Shown: positions 31,015 through 41,875, numbered from the stretch's first letter. The stretch is DNA of 64,000 bases from Atribacterota bacterium (GCA_040767965.1 JAXGNR010000009.1:37955-101954); one strand, 5' to 3'. Numbers and translations are program-made. Notes: generated from the letters alone by a model not told the origin.

Positions 31015-31782
31015 ATGAGTAAAAAACAATGGTATGAAAAATTATTTGAGAATTATGCGGAAAAATATGATAAAGAGAGCTTCACTCAGGGGACAACAGG
31101 CGAATGTGATTTTATCGAGCAGGAGTTAGGGTATAATAAATCTTTAAAAATATTAGATGTAGGATGTGGAACCGGCAGACACACAATTGAGTTAGTGAAA
31201 AGAGGTTATAATATTACAGGGATAGACTTATCCGAATCACAGTTAAAAAGGGCAAGAGAAAAAGCAGAGAAAAATGGTCTTATGATTAATTTTCAGCAGC
31301 AGGATGCCAGGGATCTTTATTTAGATACCTGCTTTGACGTGGCAATCATGCTCTGCGAGGGTGGATTTCCACTGATGGAAACAGATGAGATGAATTATGA
31401 AATACTCCAGAATGTTACCAGGGTATTGAAAAGTAAAGCTAAATTTATTTTTACCACATTAAATGGATTATTCCCTTTATTTAATTCGCCGGAGAAATTT
31501 TGTGCATCCTTAGCTGAGGAGGGAAATGCTACTTATCATGACAATACTTTTGACTTAATGACTTTTCGAGATCATACTATTATCGAAATCGAAGATGATG
31601 ATGGTCATAAGAAAACTATTGAAAGCAATGAAAGATATTATATTCCAAGTGAAATTGTCTGGCTGTTAAAATCTCTTGGCTATCAGAAAATTGATATTTT
31701 TGGGGCAAAATTAGGTGCTTATTCGCGAAATGATAAATTAACTGCAGAAGATTTTGAAATGCTGGTCATCGCTGAGAAGTGA
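31015..31782 (+). CDS. Class I SAM-dependent methyltransferase
   Basis: LDVGCGTGRHT motif I. Confidence 0.8.
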   Translation: MSKKQWYEKLFENYAEKYDKESFTQGTTGECDFIEQELGYNKSLKILDVGCGTGRHTIELVKRGYNITGIDLSESQLKRAREKAEKNGLMINFQQQDARDLYLDTCFDVAIMLCEGGFPLMETDEMNYEILQNVTRVLKSKAKFIFTTLNGLFPLFNSPEKFCASLAEEGNATYHDNTFDLMTFRDHTIIEIEDDDGHKKTIESNERYYIPSEIVWLLKSLGYQKIDIFGAKLGAYSRNDKLTAEDFEMLVIAEK

Positions 31783-32088
31783 ATAGTAGTGAAAATATAA
31801 CAAAATAATGTTATCCAAAGATCTAGAACTAATATTAAAAATATAAAATAATTTAAAAATAAAGCACAGATACAGATTTAGTGTTTTAAATCAGAAATTT
31901 CTAACTGAGACAATAATATTTACCCTTAATTTTTTTATAAAATTGTTTAAAGTTTAAAGAATTAATTTTTTAAGTAGCATATTTTTAATAATAAAGTATA
32001 ATAGAAAAAATTATTATTTTTAATTTATCTTAAAATGATATGAAAGGAAATTCTTGTAAATCATGTTTTGTAAGAATGATCAATACTA

Positions 32089-33228
32089 GTGCAAGTTCGT
32101 GAATTAGAAAAGAATAAAAAAGACCTGGTTCCTTTTATCAATTTTGCCTGGGAAATATATAAAAATGACCCTCACTGGGTTGCACCGTTAAAGAATGATT
32201 TATTGAAATTGTTTCTTGGACAGGATTCTAGCAGAAAAATCCATTGTGGTCCTCATTCTTTTTTCATGGTTTGGGAAAATAATCTTCCATTAGGCCGCAT
32301 TCTGGTGGGCATTAATCAGAAAAAAAACTCCAGAGGAAACCGAAAAACAGGATATTTTGGTTACCTGGAGATGGTTAACTCATTTGAAGTTTTGAAAATT
32401 CTAATGGATTCTGCAATTGTCTGGCTTCAAAAACATGATATCAAAACAATTATTGGTCCACTCTGCCCGGATGATGATGTGGAAGGCAGAGGTTTGTTGA
32501 TAAAAGGCTTTGATAGTCCTCCGGTTTTAATGAATTCCTATAACCCGACTTATTATCAAAAGCTTATAGAAGAGTATGGATTTATTAAGGATACTGATTT
32601 TTATGCCTATTATTCAAATAATATCCCAACGCTGAAAGCAAGAGTAGAAAAAGTATCTGCTTTTGCGATGAAGAAATATAATTTTACAATTGAAAAAATT
32701 AATTTAGATTTGTTAGACCGAGAGATAAAAGATATTGTGGAAGTCATTAATAAAATTATTAGCGATAGCAAGGAGGAAGAAAACGGATTTGAGTATGCTA
32801 ATCCACCAACTCATGAAGAATTTGCTTTAGAGGTAAAGAAATATATTCCATTTATCGATCGAGACTTGATTTATATAGCTCGTTCAGAAGATAAGCCCAT
32901 TGGTTTTGTTTTTGCCTTTCCTGACTATAATCAGGTATTGAAAAGAATGAATGGCAGTTTATTCCCCTTGGGGATAATGAAATACTTATGGTATAAAAGA
33001 AAGATTAAAGGAATGAGGGGACTGGCTCAGTTTGTTATTCCGGAATTTCGCAATAAGGCTGTCAGTGCTGCTATTTTTCAGCAAATATTAGAAGCAGCAG
33101 AGCGTAAAAAATATGAATATATTGAAGGCTCATTAATTAGCGAAAACAACCTTCGTTCTCGCAGGGTTATGGAAAATGCCGGTCTTCTACCTTATAAAAT
33201 CTATCGCGTCTATCAAAAGGATTATTAA
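32089..33228 (+). CDS. GNAT-like N-acyltransferase family protein
   Basis: 379 aa; resembles large GNAT-fold acyltransferases; assignment tentative. Confidence 0.5.
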   Translation: MQVRELEKNKKDLVPFINFAWEIYKNDPHWVAPLKNDLLKLFLGQDSSRKIHCGPHSFFMVWENNLPLGRILVGINQKKNSRGNRKTGYFGYLEMVNSFEVLKILMDSAIVWLQKHDIKTIIGPLCPDDDVEGRGLLIKGFDSPPVLMNSYNPTYYQKLIEEYGFIKDTDFYAYYSNNIPTLKARVEKVSAFAMKKYNFTIEKINLDLLDREIKDIVEVINKIISDSKEEENGFEYANPPTHEEFALEVKKYIPFIDRDLIYIARSEDKPIGFVFAFPDYNQVLKRMNGSLFPLGIMKYLWYKRKIKGMRGLAQFVIPEFRNKAVSAAIFQQILEAAERKKYEYIEGSLISENNLRSRRVMENAGLLPYKIYRVYQKDY

Positions 33229-33587
33229 ATTAAAATTACTTTGGATATTTTTTTCTTTTCATTTCAACTCTAAAGACATGATTTCTAAAATAATTCCAGG
33301 TTTGAAAATAAAAACTATCTATATAACAAAAATAATTTTACTAAAAGAAAGACTTTTTAAAAAAATTATAATAAAATAAAAATAAGCTAATCGAAAATAT
33401 CTTCAAAAAACTTCCAGAGTATGAACAAAGATAATTCAACAATATCAATGAAAAGATTGAGTAAGAATAAAAAGGAATATTATATATATATTTTTATGAA
33501 AGAGAGGAGGTTAATTTATTCAAAATTTCTCATTATTTTTTATAAACAAGGTAATGTATTTTAAAAAATAATCTTTGGAGGTTAAAA

Positions 33588-34443
33588 ATGAAATATTTAA
33601 GGTTATTTCTATCTTTTATTATTTTTTTTCTGATTATATCAACTATATCTGCTTTTGCTGCTGATATTCCTGAACATTCATTTTATTCGCCCCTTCCTGG
33701 ATCAGTGTGCTGAAAAATATGTCAAAATATACTAACTTTGATTCATACAAATTTTATGTCACAAATGAAGAAACCCAAAAGAGAGAAGAAGAGGTTAAGG
33801 GGGGTAAAAAATGGCAACTGTTTATGAAGTTCGCACACCTTCCGGAGATAGAGTCAGGTGGGATATCTAAATTAGAGTTTTTTGAAAATTAAAGCTGCAG
33901 CCCTTGAGAGAGGGCGGCAAGGTCGTCTTTGAGGACCAGGGACAGATGGTTCTGACCATACCCAGGGAAGATGGAGGAATTACCTGGTGCCGGGTTAGCG
34001 GCAATGCGGGATTAGGCCAGCAGGACTTAGTTGTTATAGATGAAGAAGGTTTTAAAAAATCCCTTACCTTTGGTCCTGCTGAATTAAAAGAAGCATTGGA
34101 CAGTGAAGGAAGAATAATACTCTATGATATTCTGTTTGACTATGACAAGGATACCTTGAAACAGGAATCTGATAAACAGTTGCAACATATCGTTACATTA
34201 CTATTGCAAAATCCTGAATTAAAGGTTGAGATACAGGGTCATACTGATGACGAAGGAGAAGAAGGATATAATTTAACCCTATCAGATAAAAGGGCAAATA
34301 CTGTGCTCCAATATCTACAATTATTCGGAATTGGTTCAGAAAGACTTCTATCCAAAGGATATGGTGAATCCCAGCCGGTTGCTACCAATGACACTGAAGA
34401 GGGCAGGGCAAAGAATCGTCGGGTAGAATTGGTCAAGATGTAA
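33588..34443 (+). pseudogene. OmpA-family protein, frameshifted
   Basis: Signal peptide ORF from ATG 33588 ends early; downstream frames carry an OmpA C-terminal domain (NRRVELV, TDDEG...YNLTLSDKRA). Confidence 0.65.
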
Positions 34444-34447
34444 ATTA

Positions 34448-34490
34448 ACATAAGCCTCTCATTTAATCATTGAGAGGCTTATGTTTTGTG
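34448..34490. terminator. Bidirectional intrinsic terminator
   Basis: ATAAGCCTCTCA / TGAGAGGCTTAT stem between convergent genes. Confidence 0.55.
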
Positions 34491-35581
34491 TAAAGACAAA
34501 TAGTGTAATGAGTAGCTATGCCAGCTAAAAATCCAAAAAACATATTTGTTACTAAAGCAACCAGGATAGTGGCCAGCATAGGAATTAAATTTTTGCTGGT
34601 CTTTACTTCTCTGGTGAATTTTAACAACTCCACTCCTACCATAAACATCATAGATCCAATAATTGCCAATGGAAAAACTGAAAATAGACTGGCAATAGAG
34701 GCTGAAAGAAATAATCCAAGGAATATTTCTATCAATCCTTCCAGGATATTGGCACCACCAGTTCTGGCTCCAAAATAGTACTGACCTGCTAATCCACCTG
34801 CACCATGACAGGTAGGCATTCCACCCAAAAAAGGAAGGATTGTGTTCATAATTCCCTGGTTCCAGGCAAGTTGTTTTTCACTTACATTTTTTTCAGGCCA
34901 ATATTTTTTAATCAAGGAAGATGTAGCAATGGTAGCATTTGTAGCTGTAAGTGGAACTTGTGCAAACCCAGCTAAGAGCAATGTCTGCCATACTTCTTTT
35001 ATGGAAAAGGTAGTAAAAGAAGGCATAACCAGAGAAGGAGCACTAAGTTGGTCAAATTGTCCCTGTATCAGCATTATTAATAACCCGATTACCATTAATA
35101 CAATTGCAGCTGGTGTATACCTGTTTTGCCTGAACAATAATACAATGATAATGGCAGCAATGCTGATAATCCAGTTTGTAGAGATCATTTTATAAGCTTG
35201 GAACATTAATAATATTCCCAGGGTTACTTGAATTCCCCGGATTACGGAATTTGGTGTTATTTTGGAGATTCGCTCAATAATCCCAGTTGTTGCAAGTAAA
35301 ATCCATATTATCCCCATTCCAAACCCGGAGGCATAGACCATGGAAGGAGTCCATTGCTGTGCAATTGCCACAATAGCTATAATTTTCATAGGTTCTATGG
35401 GTACTGGAAGCCGGTAAACCAATCCGGTTACTATATTACATAAGCCCATCATCACCAAAAAACTGGCTGGATCCAACCCGCAAACCACAATATAACCAAT
35501 GGCTAAAGGTAAAAGGGTACCAAAATCTCCCATTGAACCTGCCAGTTCTCTCAGGTTAAATTCAAAGGATTTTATTCTCAT
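34463..35581 (-). CDS. Putative sulfate/molybdate transporter (MOT/SulP-like)
   Basis: 372 aa polytopic membrane protein; last gene of the minus-strand uptake operon. Confidence 0.55.
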   Translation of the reverse strand: MRIKSFEFNLRELAGSMGDFGTLLPLAIGYIVVCGLDPASFLVMMGLCNIVTGLVYRLPVPIEPMKIIAIVAIAQQWTPSMVYASGFGMGIIWILLATTGIIERISKITPNSVIRGIQVTLGILLMFQAYKMISTNWIISIAAIIIVLLFRQNRYTPAAIVLMVIGLLIMLIQGQFDQLSAPSLVMPSFTTFSIKEVWQTLLLAGFAQVPLTATNATIATSSLIKKYWPEKNVSEKQLAWNQGIMNTILPFLGGMPTCHGAGGLAGQYYFGARTGGANILEGLIEIFLGLFLSASIASLFSVFPLAIIGSMMFMVGVELLKFTREVKTSKNLIPMLATILVALVTNMFFGFLAGIATHYTICLYTKHKPLND

Positions 35582-35694
35582 TTTTTATCTCCCCAAAATG
35601 ATTTATTAGTATTGATTATAATAAATGTTTTTTAAATATAAAAAAAGATAAAAACTATTTTATACTTTTTATTTTTTAAATTATATCGTTACAA

Positions 35695-36465
35695 CTAACA
35701 AACAACACTAACAACTCTTTTGGCTTCTTCAACATAGACTGTTTTAATAGAAAGTCCATATAAATTAGAAAGAGTTTCGGCATTGATTGTTTCTGCAGAT
35801 TGTCCAACACCCAGGATCCCCTTACGATTGAGAATAGCAACTTTACCATTCAGAATAATAGCATGTTCCGGATTATGTGTTGTCATAATTAATGCATACC
35901 CTTCATCAGCCAGTTGGCTAATCATCTGTACTGCACGGTGCTGATTACCATAATCTAAGTGAGCTGTGGGTTCGTCAAGCAAGATTATTTTTGGTTGTTG
36001 AGTGATTACTCTGGCAATTAACACCATTTGTCTTTCACCACCGGAAATTTCAGTATACGGTTTATCTCTGAGATGGGAAATACCGAGACGTTCCAGCGAT
36101 TCATCAGCAATTCTATAATCTATTTTTCCAGGAGTTTTAAAAGCACCAATATAGGGAGTTCTACCCATAACAGTAAATTCTCTGACTGTAAAGGCATAAG
36201 CAGGGATATGAATTTGTGGAACGTAACCAATTATCTGGGCAACATCACGAATATTCATCTTTGAAAGAGACTGTCCGTTTAATCGAATTTCACCCGATTT
36301 TGGTTTGTAAATATTTGCAATGCAGTTGAGAAGTGTTGATTTTCCACACCCGTTAGGACCTAATATAGAGAGTATTTCACCATCATCTAGTTGAAAGCTA
36401 ACATTTTGGAAAATTGATCGTCCGTTATGGTATTTAAAACTGAGATTATTTATTTCAAGAAGCAT
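35695..36465 (-). CDS. ABC transporter ATP-binding protein (FecE/BtuD-type)
   Basis: Walker A GPNGCGKST, signature SGGERQ, Walker B ILLDEP. Confidence 0.9.
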   Translation of the reverse strand: MLLEINNLSFKYHNGRSIFQNVSFQLDDGEILSILGPNGCGKSTLLNCIANIYKPKSGEIRLNGQSLSKMNIRDVAQIIGYVPQIHIPAYAFTVREFTVMGRTPYIGAFKTPGKIDYRIADESLERLGISHLRDKPYTEISGGERQMVLIARVITQQPKIILLDEPTAHLDYGNQHRAVQMISQLADEGYALIMTTHNPEHAIILNGKVAILNRKGILGVGQSAETINAETLSNLYGLSIKTVYVEEAKRVVSVVC

Positions 36466-37550
36466 TATACCTGTCTCCTTTGTTTAAAAAGGATAAATAT
36501 AAAAAAGGGAGCCCCGATTACTCCGGTCAAAATTCCAAGCATAAGCTCAGCTGAAGTAAGAGTTCTACATAATATATCTATGATAAGCATAAATATCCCT
36601 CCAAAAATCATAGCGATTGGTAGCATTTTTTTATTATCTGAACCAATAATCATTCTGGCAGTATGTGGAATAACCAAACCAACCCATCCAACTGTACCTG
36701 ATAGACAAACAGAACTTGCTGTGATTAAGGTAGAAGATACAATGAATATTCCGCGAGTGGTACTGAGATTAATACCAAGCGTTTTTGCCTCATTATCACC
36801 CAGAGAGAGCACATTAAGTCTATATCTTAAAAGAATGATTATAATCATTGGCAGCAAAATTGTAGGTAATATAGGGATCATTGCATTAAAAGATACTTTG
36901 GCAAAAGAGCCCATCATCCAATAGGTAATTTCAGCTAATTGGGTGTCTGTATCTGCTACAAATTTTAAAATATTCATTATTGAAGACATTAGACTACCAA
37001 TAACTATTCCTGATAATACTAATACGATAGTAGACTGGTTTCGGATCAGTCTGGGTATGGTTACAGTTATAGCCACAGCAATCAACCCACCGGCAAATGC
37101 GCTAAGTTGAATCAATGCACTATCTTGATTTAAAAGGATCGCGGTAGCAGCCCCTACAGAAGCACCAGCTGATACACCTAACAGGTCAGGAGATACCATT
37201 GGGTTTTTAAAAATACTTTGGTAGGTGGCTCCGGAAAGCGCCAATGCTGCTCCAATGATAATGGCAGCAATTGTTCTAGGCAAACGCAGATTCATAACTA
37301 CAGCCTCTTGAATGCTATCCCAATTGTTGTCCATCGTTAAAATTTTTGAAAAAACAATCCGGAAAGTTTCCCTAAAAGGCACAGTATATTGTCCTATTGC
37401 CAGTGATATTCCTAAAACTATAAATAATAAAGCCAGAGAAAACAAAAAAATGCCATGATACTTAAAGATATCAAATATATTTTTCTTTTCTAAAACAACC
37501 TCTCCATTTAAACTGGAGAGGTTGTTTCTGTTTTGATTTATCTTTTTCAT
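36465..37550 (-). CDS. ABC transporter permease (FecCD/BtuC family)
   Basis: 361 aa polytopic permease. Confidence 0.9.
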   Translation of the reverse strand: MKKINQNRNNLSSLNGEVVLEKKNIFDIFKYHGIFLFSLALLFIVLGISLAIGQYTVPFRETFRIVFSKILTMDNNWDSIQEAVVMNLRLPRTIAAIIIGAALALSGATYQSIFKNPMVSPDLLGVSAGASVGAATAILLNQDSALIQLSAFAGGLIAVAITVTIPRLIRNQSTIVLVLSGIVIGSLMSSIMNILKFVADTDTQLAEITYWMMGSFAKVSFNAMIPILPTILLPMIIIILLRYRLNVLSLGDNEAKTLGINLSTTRGIFIVSSTLITASSVCLSGTVGWVGLVIPHTARMIIGSDNKKMLPIAMIFGGIFMLIIDILCRTLTSAELMLGILTGVIGAPFFIFILFKQRRQV

Positions 37551-37575
37551 TTATATTAATAATAAGTTGTTTATT

Positions 37576-38730
37576 TTACTGTACTGGAAATTCAGCTGAG
37601 CCATCAGGACGAAGACCATCAAGCATATATTCTGCCTGTGTCTGTGTTAGCTCATAGCCAGTATATATGCTATAAAAATCCCTGATTTCTTCAATCATTG
37701 CTTTTCTGTTAATAACGTTTACCCAGGCAATTTCAGGTTGGATGCGCATCAGAGCATAGTGGATTTGTAGTTGACTTTCCAGCCCAAAACGGTCCCAGTT
37801 AAAACAACCATAAGGGTTTGTGTATAATCTTTCATTAGATAAAGCCTTTAAATCTTTCCAGCCATCAGTGCTTTCCAGAACGTTTTTATTTATATGCTGA
37901 TAAACACCTGCACATATTATTACATCAGGATTTAAATCCCAGATAGCCTCTGGAGTTACTTCTCCGGAGCTTAGCTTCATTACCTCCGCAGCATTATTAC
38001 CTCCTGCAGATTCGATCCAATCAGAAATGATACTTCCTGCAGCCATAGTAGTGGTTACACTATCTGTTTGCCCAGCAATGTAATAGACGACCGGGCGATC
38101 ATTTTCTGCCAGACCTGAAGTTACCTTTCTTATCCCGGATAATTTGCTTTCAACTGCAGAACACCAATGATTAAGTTTTTCCTGATATTCCCCCCCAAGC
38201 ACTTCACCAAGGACAGTGTATGCCTTAACCATACTTTCATAGTCACTGAAATTGATATTTATAGCAGGAATACCAACATCACGAATTTGTTGAGCAAGAC
38301 CGCTGGCTGCAGTGGTTGGATGTATGATAACCAGATCAGGTTCTAAGTTTATCAGATTTTCAATTGCTGGAGTTATACCTCCCAGAGCGGGAATATTGAC
38401 ACAATCCGGATAAAAAAGTTGGGTCCAGGAGTTCATTGTTCCCGGATTGTTGACAGCCAGTCCAACTATTAGATCCCCAGCTCCCATTACAAAAAATGAG
38501 GATGTTCCTGCCGGCCATAAGTTAACAATTCTCTTAATTTCACCGGTTATGGTTACTGTATCACCACTCATATCCGTAACTGTAACTGTTTTATCAGCAG
38601 CGACAGAATTTATAACGGAAAACGCAATTGCAGTAAAGAAAATAAGTAGCAAAGCAAGTGTTTTAATTGTGATAGTGGTTTTTTTTGTTTTCATTATATT
38701 ACTTCTCCTTTTTATTGTTATATTCATCAT
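37576..38730 (-). CDS. ABC transporter substrate-binding protein, class 8 (BtuF/FhuD-like)
   Basis: Signal peptide after MKTKKTT; true start may be the internal Met. Confidence 0.8.
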   Translation of the reverse strand: MMNITIKRRSNIMKTKKTTITIKTLALLLIFFTAIAFSVINSVAADKTVTVTDMSGDTVTITGEIKRIVNLWPAGTSSFFVMGAGDLIVGLAVNNPGTMNSWTQLFYPDCVNIPALGGITPAIENLINLEPDLVIIHPTTAASGLAQQIRDVGIPAININFSDYESMVKAYTVLGEVLGGEYQEKLNHWCSAVESKLSGIRKVTSGLAENDRPVVYYIAGQTDSVTTTMAAGSIISDWIESAGGNNAAEVMKLSSGEVTPEAIWDLNPDVIICAGVYQHINKNVLESTDGWKDLKALSNERLYTNPYGCFNWDRFGLESQLQIHYALMRIQPEIAWVNVINRKAMIEEIRDFYSIYTGYELTQTQAEYMLDGLRPDGSAEFPVQ

Positions 38731-38809
38731 ATATTTTGATTATAAATAAATATTATTTAATAGACTAAATAAATCATATTAAGCATATTAAATATAAATA
38801 TTACAGAAT

Positions 38810-40120
38810 TTATTCTAAAGGATCTTTGCCAAATATTTCACTGCGTGGTAAAAAGCCGGCAGCTTCTTTATCTATTTCCAAAAACATTCTGGTAAATTCT
38901 TTTGCGGCCTCTTTGTGCAATGCAGCCCTTGGAATTGTTAAAGCATGAGCAATAGGTGTAGCTATTACAGATGTATTTTCATCTATGGCAAAAGTAACCC
39001 GGGCATATTTTTCAGCCAAAGAAGGATTGGCAAGATTCATTATTTCTGGTAGCTCTGCATAGTTTTTACCAAATACTTTGACTGCTGAACGATACATAAA
39101 AAGATATTTAGCCTGTTTTTGATTACCAAATAGACCAGGATTTTTTTCCATACCGATATGACCTGGATGATTCATCAGGCGATTTGTAAGTCCTGGTTTG
39201 TAATAATCTGCCAGCAGCATTGTCATTACAGCTCGATAACCGCTGGGGTCACCATAGGGATTGCCATGTTTGAATGTTGCATCTTCAGCAAGCAATTTTT
39301 CTTCCCAATTATCATTGTCTATATCTTCTCCTATTATTACCATTTCATTACCTGCCCAGATGCGGTATCCTTCAGCATAATCAGGCATCATCATAGAATT
39401 TATTATAGTATCATCCGCTGAAATCAATAGATCGCATGCTTTTCCACTTATGCAATCACGTATAAGATCTACTGATCCACCAGGTGTATAAATAACAGGC
39501 AGTTCAGGATGTAATTCATTCCATTTTTCAACAATAGTTTTTACCAGTCCCATTGATACACCTGCACAAAATACATTTAGTCTATAAGGGGCAAGTTCTG
39601 CTTCAAGTGAGGAGAGGGCTTCTGCTTTTTCTTTACGAACATCAGTAACTTTTTGGGCCAGTATACCTAAAAAATTACGCAGCATAATACCTTGTGGTTT
39701 ACTATATTTTTCTCCATAATACCTGGTAACCATTTCTCCGCTCATTCGCAACAGGTAAAGGTCAAATGTCTCATTTTTTGGTCCACCAGGGGGAGGACCT
39801 TTGATTTTTATTCTGGGAGCTCTACTCTTGTTCATTTCAGATAAACAAGGAATTTCTCCCATCATCATGCCCGGCTCAGTAGGTTTAGGCATATTGTATT
39901 GATCTAATCTGGGTTCTAAAAGTTCAAGTGGTTTTCCTTTAAGCACTACACAAAACATGCCTTCATTTATATCAATTGGCAAAGTTTTATATTGACCAGC
40001 TTCCCGACGTACCATTTCAGGTTTCATCACCTCTAACAGCGAGATCAGTTCTTCTTCATCGATATTTTGAAACAGAGTCATGGTTTTTAATTCAGGTAGA
40101 AAATCCCGATAATTTAACAT
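38810..40120 (-). CDS. Two-domain protein: N-terminal cNMP-binding-like region plus ModA/WtpA-like solute-binding domain
   Basis: 436 aa; no signal peptide; FCAGVSMG...GGSVDL...SGKACDLLISAD resembles molybdate/tungstate-binding proteins; first gene after the structured leader. Confidence 0.45.
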   Translation of the reverse strand: MLNYRDFLPELKTMTLFQNIDEEELISLLEVMKPEMVRREAGQYKTLPIDINEGMFCVVLKGKPLELLEPRLDQYNMPKPTEPGMMMGEIPCLSEMNKSRAPRIKIKGPPPGGPKNETFDLYLLRMSGEMVTRYYGEKYSKPQGIMLRNFLGILAQKVTDVRKEKAEALSSLEAELAPYRLNVFCAGVSMGLVKTIVEKWNELHPELPVIYTPGGSVDLIRDCISGKACDLLISADDTIINSMMMPDYAEGYRIWAGNEMVIIGEDIDNDNWEEKLLAEDATFKHGNPYGDPSGYRAVMTMLLADYYKPGLTNRLMNHPGHIGMEKNPGLFGNQKQAKYLFMYRSAVKVFGKNYAELPEIMNLANPSLAEKYARVTFAIDENTSVIATPIAHALTIPRAALHKEAAKEFTRMFLEIDKEAAGFLPRSEIFGKDPLE

Positions 40121-40161
40121 ATTACCTCCTGAACATATATTTTATGTATTTGTTTTAAAAA

Positions 40162-40330
40162 TAAAAAAAACGCCTTGGAAAGGCGTTATAAAAAAAGCTG
40201 TACAGAATACAGCCTTTAAAATGTTTCCTTTCCAAATGGGAGGCATGGTGGCTAATCCGTGCCCTCGAATACAGTTTTTTCTGTATTACCGTTTGGCAAT
40301 TCCATTTCCAATTGCCAAATCGGAAACAAA
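40162..40330 (-). promoter_or_regulatory. Structured 5' leader with two tandem intrinsic terminators (riboswitch or attenuator candidate, class unassigned)
   Basis: On the minus strand, hairpins at 40197-40213 and 40170-40187 are each followed by a U-run; upstream GC-rich stems; about 45 nt before the RBS and start at 40120. Confidence 0.45.
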
Positions 40331-40681
40331 CAATATTTATATTTTATAAGTTATATCAAACTACATATTGATTATGTTATCAAAAATAGAAATTAATAAA
40401 CTAATAGGAATGCTAACATCTTTTATTTGTCAAGTCAAGCCCTTTTTATTAGAAGTAACTACTGGCTATTAGGCTATTTTAAAATCATTTAAAGAAATCT
40501 ATCTGAGAATTTTAAAAAAGGTTACAGTTAGCATTGACATATTATTTAATGCTAATTTTTATTTGGGCTAAGCCAAATGTAGAATAATATAAATTCTTAT
40601 AGATAATAATATTAGAATTAATTTTTTATTTCAAATATGTTAAACTTAAACATTTAAGAAAAATAGAAAGGATAAAAAATA

Positions 40682-41482
40682 ATGACAAAATTATTGATAA
40701 CCGGACCAAAAGGCAATATGGGTCAGGAGATAGTTCGAGTTGCCTACAATAGATCTGAAATAGAGATTGTAGGGGGAGTAGGACCTGCGGGCAGGGATTA
40801 TATAGGTAAAGATTTAGGAGTTTTATCAGGTTTAGGGCAAGAAATTAATGCAAAGGTATATGATGACATAAATAGCATAATTGGACTTTGTGATGTTGTA
40901 GTTGATTGTACAAATCCGGAGGTTACTATTAAAATTTTAAAAAGCTGCCTTGAAAATGGCAAAGCTCTGGTCACGGGAACTACGGGATTTTCAGACCAGG
41001 ATAAGAAAATATTAAAGGATGCAAGTAAACAGATACCCGTTTTGGTTGCTTCAAATACATCAAGAAAAGCTCATATTTTTTTCGATCTTATAAAAAAATT
41101 GAGCAAAAAAACAGGCAGAGAAGCTGATATTGATATAGTGGAAATGCATGAGAATAAAAAATTGGATGCTCCCAGTGGTACTGCCAAAGAAATTGCTGCA
41201 ATGATTGCTGCTGAATTAGATTTAGATCTGAGTCAGGCAGTTGAATATGGGAGAAAAGGGAAAGGAATTAGAAAATCTAATTCTATTTGCTTTCACTCTA
41301 TCAGGAGTGGTAATTATCCAACTTCCCATCGAGTAATTTTTGGTTATCAAAATGAAAAAATAGAATTGCACTTTGATGGATACAACATGAATTCCTGTGC
41401 TGAAGGAATTGTGGATGCTGTCTCCTATATAAGTGATAAGAAACCAGGATTTTATAGAATAGAGGATGTTTTTAATTTATAA
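40682..41482 (+). CDS. dapB: 4-hydroxy-tetrahydrodipicolinate reductase
   Basis: IEMHENKKLDAPSGTA matches the DapB E(x)HHxxKxDAPSGTA motif. Confidence 0.8.
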   Translation: MTKLLITGPKGNMGQEIVRVAYNRSEIEIVGGVGPAGRDYIGKDLGVLSGLGQEINAKVYDDINSIIGLCDVVVDCTNPEVTIKILKSCLENGKALVTGTTGFSDQDKKILKDASKQIPVLVASNTSRKAHIFFDLIKKLSKKTGREADIDIVEMHENKKLDAPSGTAKEIAAMIAAELDLDLSQAVEYGRKGKGIRKSNSICFHSIRSGNYPTSHRVIFGYQNEKIELHFDGYNMNSCAEGIVDAVSYISDKKPGFYRIEDVFNL

Positions 41483-41686
41483 AATGCTTGACATGGTTTA
41501 ATTAATAAACTAGTATATTCAAAAATATTATAAAAACAGCGCTTTATTTTACAAATAAGTTTTCGCATTTTAAAAACATGGAAATAAAAAGTTTACCAAA
41601 GAGAAATTATTAATTATATTAGAAATATTTAAAAGATAAAAAAATAAGCTGTTTTCCAGAAAGTATACAGTAAAGGAGCAAGATAA

Positions 41687-41875
41687 ATGAGATATGATGA
41701 TTGGTATGTTAATTTACCTTTCTATAAAAAGTTAAATATACAAGATGAATTTAATTTTAATAACTGGGGAATATTAACTGAAAGTCAGAAGAATAATGTT
41801 TATAACGCAATGCTGTATGAACTTTATATTGATGGACCAGTAGAATTCTACCAGGAAGAGGAATGGGAAGAATAA
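41687..41875 (+). CDS. Hypothetical small protein
   Basis: 62-aa ORF with RBS-like AAAGGAG upstream; no recognisable motif. Confidence 0.3.
   Translation: MRYDDWYVNLPFYKKLNIQDEFNFNNWGILTESQKNNVYNAMLYELYIDGPVEFYQEEEWEE

Noticed and set aside
34518-35195. Plus-strand ORFs 34518-34778 and 34842-35195
   Set aside because: Lie antisense within the minus-strand transporter gene; no motifs
40200-40330. Cobalamin riboswitch call for the leader of the minus-strand ABC operon
   Set aside because: The B12 box (GCCACUG) and the typical GGUG...AAUCC core are not present in the correct strand and order; element left unclassified
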